Shown here in pieces: positions 37,846 through 51,379 of a stretch of DNA of 64,000 nucleotides. The number at the start of each line of letters is the position of its first letter. Positions within the stretch are counted from its first letter, which is position 1. The DNA lies in assembly GCA_035221665.1 (NCBI GenBank), contig CM069131.1:172174001-172238000 (forward strand), in the 5' to 3' direction. Below the pieces are notes generated by a model. The model saw only the letters and a list, made by a program, of their open reading frames with translations. It was not told the DNA's origin and made no database searches. The DNA comes from Okamejei kenojei. Lineage: Eukaryota. The translations under genes and the position numbers were made by a program.

Positions 37846-39089
37846 AGATGTGCAGGCAGCAGAATTGCAAGTTTGGATGATGAATGTTGTCTTTCTGAAG
37901 TAGCTTTCAAATTCCTTCAACTGTAGTTCACCGCCGTGTATTAGCTAGCGTGACTGAGGTCTGTGAGGTTCCACTGCAGCATTTAGATACTGAAAGCTGC
38001 CGCTTGTATACAATGAAAATTGAAACATTGGGCACCAGAGGTGGCTTCTTTGCACTTAAATGTTGATTGCAACTTCTGCAATAAAAAGGGTGAGACCTAT
38101 GGAAATAAAAACCTGTACTATTTGTGCCAGAATTTTTCTAGCTTAAGGATAAATGCATGCCACTCAATCCACCAAGCATTTTCATTATGCATGCCAGTCG
38201 GACTCCCTTTGTAGCCTGGCACATCAATGTTGAATTGGCTGCAGCTGAACTTGTATCCAGTCTTATTCACAGATAACCTGACTTTGTAATAATAGCCACC
38301 ACCATCTCTTGCATGAAGCTGAGGAGATGCAGATGGATTTGTCAAAACCCAGTTCTTTCACTTTCTAGTTTTCTCCTGCTGCCTCAGTTCCCGCAAGAGG
38401 GAATGGTGCATGTCATGGACTGCTGTGCAGTTGGTTTGCAATGTCATTATCATGGTTGACCACCCAACAATGTTTTGAAGCTGAGATGTTGACGTAAGTA
38501 AGGCTTACTGCTGTGCTAAGCATATGGAGGTTGCAGTGGGAACCTATACAAATGTGTGAATTGATTGCTGTTGGGCTAATTGACCAGTGAAGGTAGTGAA
38601 GTGGTTTTGGGAAAAGGTTTTTCAAGATTCATTCATTGACCTCGATAATATGTGCGAGTTCAATGAACTCCCTGCTACCATTGAGCTCGAGTCAAAGCAT
38701 CGACTACTTTCTGTTCCCCATGGTCTTTGAGAATATGTCTGGAAAGTCTCCTACATCACCAAGGGCCTCCCTTATTTCTCTCTAGCTTCTGAAAAACTGG
38801 GACTCCATTCACTCCCAAAGGAGATTATTTTGGTACCAAGTCATTTGTTCCATTGCCAGCCTTGGTATCTTTCATTCCTCGTCTCAAGTGGATGCTGAAT
38901 TGTTACAAAACTTGAGTTAGTTTGAGCTGCAACCATTGCTTGTGTAATTAAAAGATTTTAAAACATTAGTTTGCCGTGTTGCTTCTGAGCATTTTAAATG
39001 AGCACATTTGATTATAGCAATTTTGTATTGTGGCAATATGCCAAGACCACTGCTGTTCTACTTGAATTTGATGATGTATATATTTAGGT

Positions 39090-40290
39090 CCTAGAACATG
39101 ATACTAAAGTATTAAAACAGGCCCTTCAGCCCACCATATCTGTGTCAACCATATTTCCAATCTAATGATCCCATCAGCTTGCATGCTCCTCCCTTTCTGT
39201 TCAGGTGCCTGTCTAAATTGGGACAGCCCAATGGTGCAGCAGTAGGGCTACTGCCTTACAGCGCACCAGACCCGGTTCGATAATGACTGGGGTACTATCT
39301 GTTCGGAGTTTGTACATTCACTCCATGACCACATAGGTTTCTCTGGGTGCTCTGATTTTCACCTATAGTCCAAAGGCATGCAGGTTTGTAGGCTTGTAAA
39401 TTGCCAAGTGTGAAGGATGCAAAACTGGCTCGAACATGGAACTGGAGTACTGCCATTGTATACTTTTTCATTTGAACTCTCAAAACGCATCACCTCACAT
39501 TTGCCTGGATTAAACTCCATCTGCCTTTCCGCTATACTAATTTTCAACTGATCTCTATCCTGCTGTGTCCTTTGACAACCTTCCTCACTATCTGCCAACT
39601 CAAACAATTTTTGTCTCTGCAAGCTTACTAATGAGCCCACCCTACATTTTCATCCATATCATTACAAAGAGAACCCAGCACTAATTCTCTCCGAACACTA
39701 CTGGCCACAGACAATCAGAATAACACCCATCTACTACTTCCCTCTAAATAATTTACCAACTTAATGTGAGTCTCAAGTGATTTAATCTCCTGGGCCAGCC
39801 TATCATGAGGAATTTTGTTGAATGCTTTACTAAAATCCATGTGGACCACATCCACTGCTATTTCTTCATCAGTCACCTTTAGGGTCTCGTATAGGACGTC
39901 ACTCACTTCCTGTAGCTCTATGTATTAATTCCTTTCTTTGTTAATAAATAGACCTAACCTTTCCCCTAGCTATCCTATTTTAATACATTTATAAAAGGCC
40001 TTTGGGATTCTCCTTTATACTATTTGTCAAGGAAATAATCAAGGCCCTTTTTGTCCTTCAAGTTCTTTCCTGCTCTGTGCCTCAATGATCTTGTAAGATT
40101 TAAGCTACCTAATCCTGATACATACATCCTTTTCCTTTTTGACTAAGCTTACAATATCTCCTGTCACCCAAGGTTCCTGAACCATGCCATCATTATCTTT
40201 CATTCTCCCAATGAAAGGAGTATGTTGCTCCTAAACTCTAATCAGCTGGCTTTTAAAAGACCCACATGCCAGATGTAGATTTAACCAACC
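39090..40290 (-). mobile_element. Old CR1 fragments with an HE1 SINE (+) inserted at ~39221-39445
   Basis: VDVVHMDFSKAFNKIPH and QMEFNPGKCEVM peptides. SINE A/B boxes TGGTGCAGCAG and GGTTCGAT. Confidence 0.78.
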
Positions 40291-41914
40291 CCCCCACCCC
40301 CACCCCCACTCCTTCCCCACACTGCTCTCCCCAGTTCTTGTGTAATACTGTTGGAATTGGCCGGCTTCAACAAGATGTGCATGTTTCTCATCTCACAGCC
40401 GTTTTCCTGCAACAAGCCATTAGTAGCATGCCAAGGTGGCCTTGTAGTCATCTAAAATTCAGAAAGCGGTTTATCAATCAGTGTGTATGAATAAACTCTG
40501 GTTTGAAACCCAATTGTAATGTTATAGTTAATATTCTGAATCTAGTTTAGTTTGATCGTTCCATGGTGGAAAGGTTGAGAGTAAGAGTTGGACGTTTGTG
40601 GCCAGCACTACAGGAGATAATAATTGATGAGTCTTTTTTAAAGGTTAAAGTGTTGCTTTTAAAGAATCAGCTGTTTTCATTTCCTGCGGTGGTTGGCATC
40701 TGCTGGCAACGTTTAAGCCAGGTGACCTTTTTATATTTTGGAATAGAGCCATGGATGTAGATGGACATTTTAGCTGCATAAGGACATTAAAGCCTAATCT
40801 TGACTGTATTCATGGGTGGAAATCTTCAGGCAGTGATCACTGTGGGTGCAAAAACAGGAACAACAGGAAGTTCAGTTTATATTTTGGCAACCTTACGGCA
40901 AAAGATACTACATCTAATAGTAACACTCAGCACTTTGGCTGAATTTTGTAACTGAATGCAGATTGGGAGCCTTAAAACTGCTTTGCATATATTCAGTAGT
41001 AGTTTTTCCTTTGAGAAGATGCTGGATTCCTATTAACATTTACTGATCTGCCATTTATTAACATGTATTGCTTCGAATGGTTTGATACCCTCCTGATATC
41101 AGAGAGGATAGGTTAATGCTCGATAGCAAAATGTCAGTTCTGAAAACCAGTGTGGCATGCTTTAGTTATTTGTATCCCCAAAAACTTACATTTTGAATTG
41201 CAATAATCCATTCTGTACCTTCCCTTAAGCAAGCACTGGAGGCAAATAGATTTAAAATGTAAAGTTTTCCATTTAAACTTCAGTTGGAGAACTTCTTTTT
41301 CTCCCAGTGCGCAAGCCATGATGAAAACTGGTTTCCAAGTAAAGTTGACCCGAATTAAGTAAGGGAAGGGGGAAGTTAGAAAACAAACTTGCAAAGTTAC
41401 TTGTAGAAAGGTGCAAGTTAGTGAGAATAAGGATGTTTTGAGAGAATAGACTTTGTGGTAGCTTTCTGTGCTGCTTGATCCTCTGGCAAAAGCAGAAAGG
41501 TTGGGTGCTAATAATTCTAGAATTGCACAGTCAGACACTGATGGCAATTGTAATTACTAATGGTTTGTGACACCTGTCGGCTTGGATCAAATACAAAGTC
41601 ATGGTTATATGTTTTGGTTTCTACAAACTGAAAACCAGTGTTGAGATTGCACATCACGACAATTGCAAATTGCTGTTTCCCATTGTTGCAGCAACTGAAT
41701 TAAAAATTGGTGCATACGTCTCAACTTTACAAGTCTGTGGTTGCAGCATATTCGCCACAATGTGTTTTTCCTATTCATAAACTATTTGTTGCAATTTTTA
41801 CACTAGTTTACTAAGTATTATGCATTTTGTTGCTTTCAGACGTCTATCTAATATTGTCCTGGTTGTTGTCTGCCTTGAACTTTAATCTCCCAAACACATA
41901 TTACTTTCAAACCA

Positions 41915-43498
41915 CAGTGCCCTCCATAATGTTTGGGACAAAGACCCATTTATTTATTTGCCTCTCTACTCAATTTGAGATTTGTAATAGGAAAAAAATC
42001 ACATCTGGTTAAAGTGCACATTGTCGGATTTTAATGAAGGCCATTTTTATACATTTTGGTTTCACCATGTAGAAATAACAGCTGTGTTTATACATAGTCG
42101 TCTTCCCCCCCCCCCCCCCCACACACATTTCAGGGCACCATAATGTTTGGGACACTTGGCTTCACAGTTGTTTATAATTGCTCAGGTGTGTTTAATTGCC
42201 TCATTAATGCAGGTGGAAAAGAGAGCTCTCAGCATCCAGTCTTTCCTCCAGTCTTTCCATCACCTTTGGAAACTTTTATTGCTGTTTATCAACATGAGGA
42301 CAAGTTGTGCTAATGAAAGTCAAAGAAGCCATTATGAGACTGAGAAGCTAGAATAAAACTGTTAGAGACAGCAGACAACCCTTCGGCTTACCAAAATCAA
42401 CTTACTAACCACAATAGCACTGGCAGACCAAGGAAGACCATCACAGCTGATGACAGAAGAATTCTCTCTATAATTAAAGAAAAATCCCCAAACATCTGCC
42501 CGCCAGATCAGAAAGACTCTCCAGGAGTCAGGTGTGGATTTGTCAATGACAACTGTCCGCAGAAGACTTCATGAACAGAAATACAGAGGCCGCAAAAATA
42601 GGATGACCAGGTTACAGTTTGCCAAGAAGTACTTAAACGAACAACCAAAGTTCTGGAAAAAGGTCTTGTGGACAGATGAAACGAAGATTTACTTATATCA
42701 GAGTGATGGCAAGAGCAAAGTATGGAGGAGAGAAGGAACTGCCCAAGATCCAAAGCATACCACCTCATCTGTGAAACATGGTGGTGGGGGTGTTATGGCC
42801 TGGGCTTGTATGGCTGCTGAAGGTACTGGCTCACTTATCTTCATTGATGATACAACTGCTGATGGCAGTAGCATAATGAATTTTGAAGACACATCCTATC
42901 TGCTCAAGTTCAAACAAATGCCTCAAAACTCATTGGTCGGGGGTTCATTCTACAGGAAAACAGTGATCCCAAACATACTGCTAAAGCAACAAATGATTTT
43001 TTCCAAAGCTAAAAAATGGTCAATTCTTGAGTGGCCAAGTCAATCACCCGATCTGAACCCAGCCTTTTATATGCTGAAGAGAAAACTGAAGAGGACTAGC
43101 CCCCAAAACAAACATACGCTTAAGATGGCTGCAATACTGGCCTTGCAGAGCATCACCCAAGAAGACACCCAGCAACTGGTGATGTCCATGAATCGCAGAC
43201 TACAAGCATTCATTGCATGCAAAGATGATGCAACAAAATACTAAACATGACTACTTTCATTTACATGACATTGCTGTGTCCCAAACATTATGGTGCCCCA
43301 AAATGGGGGTCTATGTATAAACACTGCTGTAATTTCTACATGGTGAACCCAAAATGTTTAAAAATGGCCTTTATTGATATCTGACGATGTGCGCTTTAAC
43401 CACATGTGATTTTTTTTTCCATTACAAATCTCAAATTGTGGAGTGCAGAGGCAAATAAATAAATAATGGGTCTGTGCCAAACATTATGGAGGGCACTG
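41915..43498 (+). mobile_element. Tc1/mariner DNA transposon, IR/DR type, near full length, transposase pseudogene
   Basis: CAGTGCCCTCCATAATGTTTGG...CCAAACATTATGGAGGGCACTG|TA. ~230-bp IRs with inner repeats. VLWTDETK, VKHGGGGVMAW, WPSQSPDLNP. Confidence 0.95.
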
Positions 43499-44002
43499 TA
43501 TAGCCCAATTGCAACAGATTATATTCACTGTTTTTATTGACCTATATCATTGCTTGTTTTTTCCTCTTACTGCACACTGGCATTAAAACACTTGTTTCCT
43601 ATGCAGCCACTTATTTTTCTAACCAGGTCTGGCTAGATAACAGCACAGCTCAGAGTTATTACATGTTTAAGGGTCTGACCTTCACAGTGATAGCATTCCA
43701 AATAAATCGCAAATAGCTACAATTACAAGGTGGACAACACATTCTATCTATCTGAATAGATTATGCAGCAGAGTCCCAGTCATACAGTTTGGAAACAGAC
43801 TGCTCATCCCAACTTGCCCATGCCAGTAATTTGGAATGAATGGTCTTGATACGTGTTTCTTTCAAAAATAAAATTGTGGCCTTCCATAAATTACAAGAAC
43901 CTGCACCAAGCAATTTCCTCTTGTAAATATTTCAGGATTATTTTGCTAGTGCGTCCAGAGCTTCAATTCACTCTTAACAAGAGCAGCATTATTTTCTTTG
44001 CA

Positions 44003-44483
44003 TACATAGAAACATAGAAATTAGGTGCAGGAACAGGCCATTCGGCCCTTCGAGCCTGCACCGCCATTCAATATGATCATGGCTGATCATCCAACTCAAT
44101 ATCCTGTATCTGCCTTCTCTCCATACCCTCTGATCCCTTCAGCCACAAGGACCACATCCAACTCCCTCTTAAATATGGCCAACGAACTGGCCTCAACTAT
44201 CTTCTGTGGCAGAGAATTCCACAGATTCACCACTCTCTGTGTGAAAAACGATTTTCTCATCTCGGTCCTAAACGACTTCCCCCTTATCCTTAAACTGTGA
44301 CCCCTTGTCCTGGACTTCCCCAACATCGGGAACAATCTTCCTGCATCTAGCCTGTCCAACCCCTTAAGAATTTTGTAAGTCTCTATGAGATCACCCCTCA
44401 ATCTTCTAAATTCCAGCGAGTACAAGCCGAGTCTATCCAGTCTTTCTTCATATGGAAGTCGTGCCATCCCAGGAATCATTCTG
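44003..44483 (-). mobile_element. CR1 3' fragment, relatively young
   Basis: Open 127-aa C-terminal ORF2 (YEERLDRLGLYSLEFRRLRGDLIE) and (CATAGAAA)n tail. Confidence 0.92.
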
Positions 44484-44974
44484 GTATATGTGCATTATGA
44501 CCTTACTGCAGGTCGATGTGCCTTTGGTAAAGTTAATGACAGCTTTATCTTTATAAGGGTCCTCAGTTATCACAAGTCATCAGTTGCTGATAGTACTGCT
44601 GAGCTTTCATCTCTGCCAAGTATTACTACCAAATGCCAATTCAAATTTTCTGTTTTCCCAATTCCGTTATGGCATTGATATTTCACCATCTCCCACTTAC
44701 CTTTCCCTCCATCCCCCAAAGAAAAGTTGCAATGCTTCACTTCTGCTTGATACCTTCACACTGATGTGTAGATAGTTTTGAAAATAGGTTTGAAGTTTTT
44801 TATATTTTCATTTTATTTCCCATGCTTTTCTAAAAATGCTCTGATATTGGGGCTAGTGCTTCTGATTTTCAGGTACCTATGGTTTTACGTTTGTGGATTT
44901 TTAGGGAAGAGGTATAATGCACAATTCTCTTCAAAGACCAGCAATAATTTGGATAGTGAATCTAAGCTGTTTTT

Positions 44975-45460
44975 AGAAACATAGAAAATAGGTGCGGGAG
45001 TAGGCCAGCCCCGAGGATTTTCGGATACGGAATGGGAGGGGGAGTTGAAGTGCTGAGCCACCGGGAGGTTGGGTTGGTTAATGCGGACCGAGCTGAGGTG
45101 TTCGGCGAAACGATCGGCAAGCCTCCGCTTGGTCTCACCGATATAGATCATCTGGCATCTGGAGCAGCGGATGCAGTAGAGGAGGTTGGAGGAGGTGCAG
45201 GTGAACCTCTGTCGAACCTGGAAGGACTGCTTGGGTCCCTGAAAGGAGTGGAGGGGGGAGGTGAAGGGACAAGTGTAGCATTTCTTGCAGTTGCAAGGGA
45301 AAGTGCCCGGGAAAGGGGTTAGGCCATTCGGCTCTTCGAGCCAGCACCGCCATTCAATATGATCCCTTGATTCCGTTAGCCCTAAGAGCTATATCCAACT
45401 CTCTCTTGAAAACATCCAGTGAATTGGCTTCCACTGCCTTCTGTGGCAGAGTTCCACTTC
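44975..45460 (-). mobile_element. CR1 3' tail split by a Penelope fragment
   Basis: GAAACATAGAAAATAGGTGC...TAGGCCA|TTCGGC. Confidence 0.8.
45008..45319 (-). mobile_element. Penelope-like element internal fragment: Cys-rich linker plus GIY-YIG endonuclease
   Basis: Open frame PGTFPCNCKKCYTC...SSNLLYCIRCSRCQMIYIGETKRRLADRFAEHL...VAQHFN. 7-bp duplication TAGGCCA. Confidence 0.9.
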
Positions 45461-46699
45461 CAACATTTTCCATTGTTATCCTGCTGTGAGATCAATTAGT
45501 GAACAACTGTCGCTAGACTGCCAGAATATTTCTTGACCAACCGAACATGGAAAGGGTAAAAATGAGACATGTCTTTTGTTTTTTTTGATTTTACATATTA
45601 CCCTCATATTAAATTCTTCCTTTTTGTGATTCTGTTTTTTTCCAAAATGGCAGAAGCTTTGTATTGATCAGCAGTGAACATAACAGCAATTATTCATGAC
45701 GTTTAGATTTAATAATAGTTTTGCAGAAGCATGACATTACATTCCACTGATAATGCAACATCATTCCTGTCATTTGTTCAACTAGGTATGTGTTGAAATA
45801 GTCCATTGCTACATCAATTTATAATTTAAAGATTAAGCTTTATCATTAAAGGTGATTGTTTAGTGCAAATTATATTTTGAAGTAAAAGTTCCATGCTGAC
45901 AGACCACTCTCTGAACATAGATCTTCAGTGAACATGAAGTTTTGAGTCTCTGCAGCAATGTGCTGCAACTGCTGCTCAAGGTCACACCATTGACCACATT
46001 GACCACTGTTGACCACATGTCTGTTGCTTTTTTGAGTGAAGCCTTATTGACATTTTATCAGTGATGGATCTGTAGCTCTCTTATCTATGATACACAAATG
46101 TAATGACACCTCACTTCATTGTTGTGGGATGGAAAGCATTCAAAGTTAAGATGTATATGTGGCATCTTCAGACCATACATTTGTTAGGCTTGTTTACCAT
46201 TCGGGGTCTTGCATGTTCCCGATATTTTGTAGAGCAGTGAGGTCTTAATATTCATCTAAACGGTTGGAAATTAAGTTAATATCTTAACTAAAGGCCAGCA
46301 TGTCGGACCCTGCAGTTTTTTTTGTGCTCTGAAATGCTATGTTCTTAAATTATATGCTTAAATTCCAGAAAAGGTACTATCGGGGAGTGGAAGGTGAAAA
46401 ATGTGACCGCTATTATGACTCTGCTAGTTTCCCACACCATGTCTGCCCTTTAATTTTAATATTCTTGACATGGACAGTTGATTTTGGGTCTTGCAGCAGG
46501 CTGTGCGTGACTAGCAGTAACTTATTTTTTGCACGGTGCTTCTAAAGTGGGAGAAGTCCAATGATGCTTGACGGAATAATAACACAAATTGGCATGGCAT
46601 AAATGAGAGTACTGTCATTGGAATCAAACACTTTTAGTCAGAGTTAAATTTTAAAAGGATTTTCTAGAAATTTGAAACAGCCAAAGGTTTTATAGTTCT

Positions 46700-47005
46700 T
46701 AGTTTTAGAGATACAGCATGGAAACATGGCCAATCTAGTCCATGCCGACCATTGATCACCCATTCATAAAAGTTCTATCTTATTCCACTTTCTCATCCAC
46801 TCCGTGCACGTTAGGGGCAATTTTTACAGAGGACAATTAACCTACAAAGCCACTCGTCTTTGGGAAGTGGGAAGAAAGCTGGAGCACCTGGAGGAATTCC
46901 ACGCAATCACAGAGAATGTGCCAACTCTACACAGACAGAACCAGAGGTCGGGATTGAAATAGTCTATGGCACCATGAGGAAACAGCTCTGCCATCTTCAC
47001 TACTG
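46700..47005 (-). mobile_element. HE1-like SINE
   Basis: Similar to 19075-19346. Confidence 0.8.
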
Positions 47006-48592
47006 TTGATCAATAATGATCGTGGCACCTGATGAAGCAAATTATATAGGCAGTAGCAAACAACGCTGATATTTACAATCCAAAATTGGAGAATATTTTC
47101 TTTATGCATTTTCTAACCCCAATTTACATAAAATCCAAATAGTATTGGATAAGGATAACTGTCTCAAAGTAGTCAGATGGTAATAGAAAGGCATGTTTAT
47201 GTTTTTATCCATTTTTATAAAAATGAGAAGGTCTGGCATTGGGAATATATATGCCTAGCATTTGTTTTAAGTATACTTAATACATTTCCACAATTAACAA
47301 TCTATCTATTCCAAACCAGTAAATGACTATGTCAGATATTTGTTGCTATCTCCACAGATCCAGAGATAGTGCACTCCAGAGATTCAGATAATGCATGTAG
47401 AATTGCTGGGTGCATTCTGGCACACCTGCAAGTGTACTAAGGCAAATTCTACAGAATTGTATTAAAGAACCCGCATAACCTCAATATTGCCTCATTATTG
47501 TTTTTCTCTTTTATTGCTCTAAACGGGCTGTTGTTTTAACTTCTGTTTTGCTCACTATAAAAGCTCCAATATTCTCTATAACTCTCATGCCTAGGTTTCA
47601 CATTGAACTGACCACGTGTAAATTGAGGGAACAAAATCTTGGCCTATTTCACCGTAGATAATTATGCATGTGTTGTATTGCATAAGTCTTCATAAAATGT
47701 CAGAATTTGTACATTATCCAGTTCCCAGCAGCTGTTAGACAATTCTGAATCCTGACGACATATCTGTTGCTTCAAAATGCAAGGCAATGAAAAAACATTT
47801 GGCAGTTTTCAAGTACATTTCAGATTTTCATTTGGAGAAGATGGTGAATACTTATACCATACACAGTGTGCTTTGCACGCTGTCAACTTTGACCTGGTGA
47901 AGGAAGGTGTGATGCTGCATATACCTGTACTAGTTACCTTCAGCCAAAATTTGGGCGTGCAAACATAAATTTGCCAAATTCCTCTCGAGCCCTTGGATGG
48001 CATACATGATATTAATAATTTATCATGCATCATACCTCTGCCTTGCATAATGTTGCGTTCACTGACATGTTTCAAAAATATAACAACCCACAGTTACTCT
48101 TTGGACTAAGAGTTGTACATTAAACTGTGTAGATTGAAGTAGTTTATCATTCATCTTTGATATATACTGAGTTTGTAAGGGCAGTCATGGGATACTACTA
48201 ATTTTTGGGCAAGGGACAATAAGTGTAGGTAAGGTGTCAGTTTAGGTTGGGGATAATGGGACCTCTTGTTAAATCGCCCAATGAACCTCCCTTTTGCACG
48301 AGTGCTAATCAGAGATTAACCCAATACTTGATCCACATATCTGGCTGCATACATTGAATTGAAACCCCGATTAAATGGATGGATGAGTTGTCCTGTATGA
48401 CACAGGCTTGGCAATTAGCCAGACCGCACAGCCTGAGTTTCATTCAGCAGATGTCATTGCAGCAGCTTCCTGCTGAAGTAAACGGCTTTGAGTTTGCTTC
48501 AGGAATCAAGCAGAGATGGTGTTGAAACCAGTAAATTGACTTTTTAGATTGCAGACCTAGATTCACCACCACTTCAGGACTTTACCACTTCA

Positions 48593-49514
48593 GGATGACA
48601 CAAAGCTGGGGGAAAATATTAGCTGTGAGGAGGATGCTAGGAGACTGCTAGGTGACTTGGATAGGCTGGGTGGGTGGGCAAATGCATGGCAGATGCAGTA
48701 TAATGTGGATAAATGTGAGGTATTCCGCTTTGGTGGCAAAAACAGGAAAGTAGACAATTATCTGAATAGTGGCCAATTAGGAAGATGGGAGATGCAACGA
48801 GACCTGGGTGTCATGGTACACCAGTCATTGAAAGTAGGCATGCAGGTGCAGCAGGCAGTGAAGAAAGCGAATGGTATGTTAGCATTCATAGCAAAAGGAT
48901 TTGAGTATAGGAACGGGGAGGTTCTACTGCAGTTGTATAGGGTCTTGGTGAGACCACACCTGCAGTATTGAGTACAGTTTTGGTCTCCAAATCTGAGGAA
49001 AGACATTATTGCCATGAGTACAGAGAAGGTTCACCAGACTGATTCCTGGGATGTCAGGATTTTCATATGAAGAAAGACTGGATAGACTCGGCTTGTACTC
49101 GCTAGAATTTAGAAGATTGAGGGGGGATCTTATAGTAACTTACAAAATTCTTAAGGGGTTGGACAGGCTAGATGCAGGAAGATTGTTCCCGATGTTGGGG
49201 AAGTCCAGAACAAGGGGTCACAGTTTAAGGAAAAGGGGGAAATCTTTTAGGACCGAGATGAGAAAAACATTTTTCATACAGTGTGGTGAGTCTCTGGAAT
49301 TCTCTGCCACAGAAGGTATTTGAGGCCAATTCATTGGCTATATTTAAGAGGGAGTTAGATGTGGCCCTTGTGGCTAAAGGGATCAGGGGGTATGGAGAGA
49401 AGGCAGGTACGGGATACTGAGTTGGATGATCAGCCATGATCATATTGAATAGCGGTGCAGGCTCGATGAGCTGAATGGCCTACGCCTGCACCTATTTTCT
49501 ATGTTTCTATGTTT
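48593..49514 (+). mobile_element. CR1 3' fragment
   Basis: DDTKLG, WQMQYNVDKCEV, LVRPHL peptides and a (TTTCTATG)n tail. Confidence 0.92.
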
Positions 49515-49719
49515 AAGCATTAGATATTCTTCCTTGAAACTTCATACTACCAATATCATGTAAAATGGAAAGTCAAGTTTTACACAAAGGGTGGTGGGTG
49601 TATGGAATGAGCTGACGAGCAACAAATGGATGTATGGAACGAGGTACAGAAAAGGGACCAACAATGGGAGGACTGGAAGTGTATTGGAGAGGGGACTATG
49701 GGGTGAAGATTGTGGGCTC

Positions 49720-50350
49720 AATAAGCCTGCTTATCCATGTAACTGTCCAGATGTCTTTTAAATGTTATACTTGCTTCCTCTACCTCCTCTGGCAGCTTAT
49801 TCCCTATACCCACCACACCACATGCACAGCTGATCAAGAATCTGTTGTAGTGTTAGATAACCATCGTCACTATCTGAAGCCATCCATTGTAGAGTGATCT
49901 GCAAAGTTACTAATCATGCCTTGTACATTCTCATTTGAAACGTTGATATAAACCGCAAACACCATTCAGCCCAGCAGCGAGCACTGAGTCACACCTCACA
50001 TCGTAGGCCTTCAGTCCATAAAACTCTCTTCTACCACTCTGTTTCCTTCCATGAAGCCAATTCTGTATCCAGTTAGCTAGCTCTCCCTGGTTCCCATGCC
50101 ATCAAGAGCAGTCTACCATGTGGAACCTCATCAAAGGCCTTGGTAAACTCCATATGCACAACGTCTACAGCCTTGCCCTTGCTACCCTTTTTAGTTATCT
50201 CTTCAATCAAATTTGTAAGAGAAAATCTCCCATGTACAAAACCATGCTGTCTATCCTTAATCAGCCCATGTCTATGCAAATGTGTATATCCCTCAGAATC
50301 CTCTCCAGTAACTTAGTTACCACATATGTTAGGCTAAATGGTTTGCAGCT
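49720..50350 (-). mobile_element. Old CR1 fragments
   Basis: QHGFVHGRFSLTNLIE, AVDVVHMEFTKAFDEVPH. Confidence 0.75.
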
Positions 50351-51379
50351 TTTCCTCGCTAGGAAAAGGAAACCAAATGAAGGGTATTTAAAACCATTTT
50401 AACAATGCACTTTTAAGCTATAAACAAAACAAAAATACAATTTGTGATCTTAAAGCCCCTCATAACTGGAGCGAGGCAGCAAATAACAATGTCCTTTATC
50501 ATCCTTTTGTTCTTTCTTCATATATTTCCTGAAAGTGTTAATGCATGGCTCATGAACCTGTCATTCTTATGTTTTAATTTCACACAAAAGTTATTACCTT
50601 ATATCAATCCACAAGTGATTATTTTTCTTCATATGGGCCTCTCCTATTCTCCTCCCCTCAATAATATCTGGTAGTGGATTTATTTAAACCCTGACCAGCT
50701 GTCTGTTTAGCATGTTTAAAGGGCAGGCAACATTAGATTGCATATGGAAGCTGGACACAATCATGCAGCCGTGTGTTTAAGCTAATGTGAACATTGCAGT
50801 ATTCAATCAGTATCGGCTTAATTTTGGCAAGCGCTCATTTGTCTGTTATAGGCTTTCATAAAGTTTTATTAGTGCTATTTTGGTATGTAATGATAATTAG
50901 ATAGGCAATACTAATGACAAATTTGCCAAGGATGCACAATCAAACTGCTATTAATAGAATTTATTTTATCTTGTTCACCCTAGAGTTCCAGGTGGGAAAA
51001 GGGCTTCCTCTTTGGCCGAGTTAGTCATCTGTGTGTGGACTGTTGAGATTAAAGATTTTGGTTTATTTTGGTTTATATACCTTGCTACCTCCAGCGTGCT
51101 GTCAGGAATTTGAGTTGCCATATCTGTGTGGTTAGGATGAATAAATATGCAATGGTTTCTCCTTGGGCTCCTCAGATTGCTCCTCTATCCAGCCCCCAAT
51201 GTGTTATGGGTGTGTGCATTCCTTGGTGACTGGTGAGACAGTTTTCACGGTAAGCCCCTCAAAGACTTTTCCTGTTCAAAACGTTCCCGTTTTTCAAGTG
51301 CTTTTTACAAGGGATTCTTCCTCTTCATCCCATACTTGGTCAGGAGCTCATCATTTGAAGTCCTCATGTGACTATCATT

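Noticed and set aside
42534-43244. Functional transposase
   Set aside because: It lacks the N-terminus, has an out-of-frame middle that loses the second Asp, and has a deletion at the catalytic Glu.
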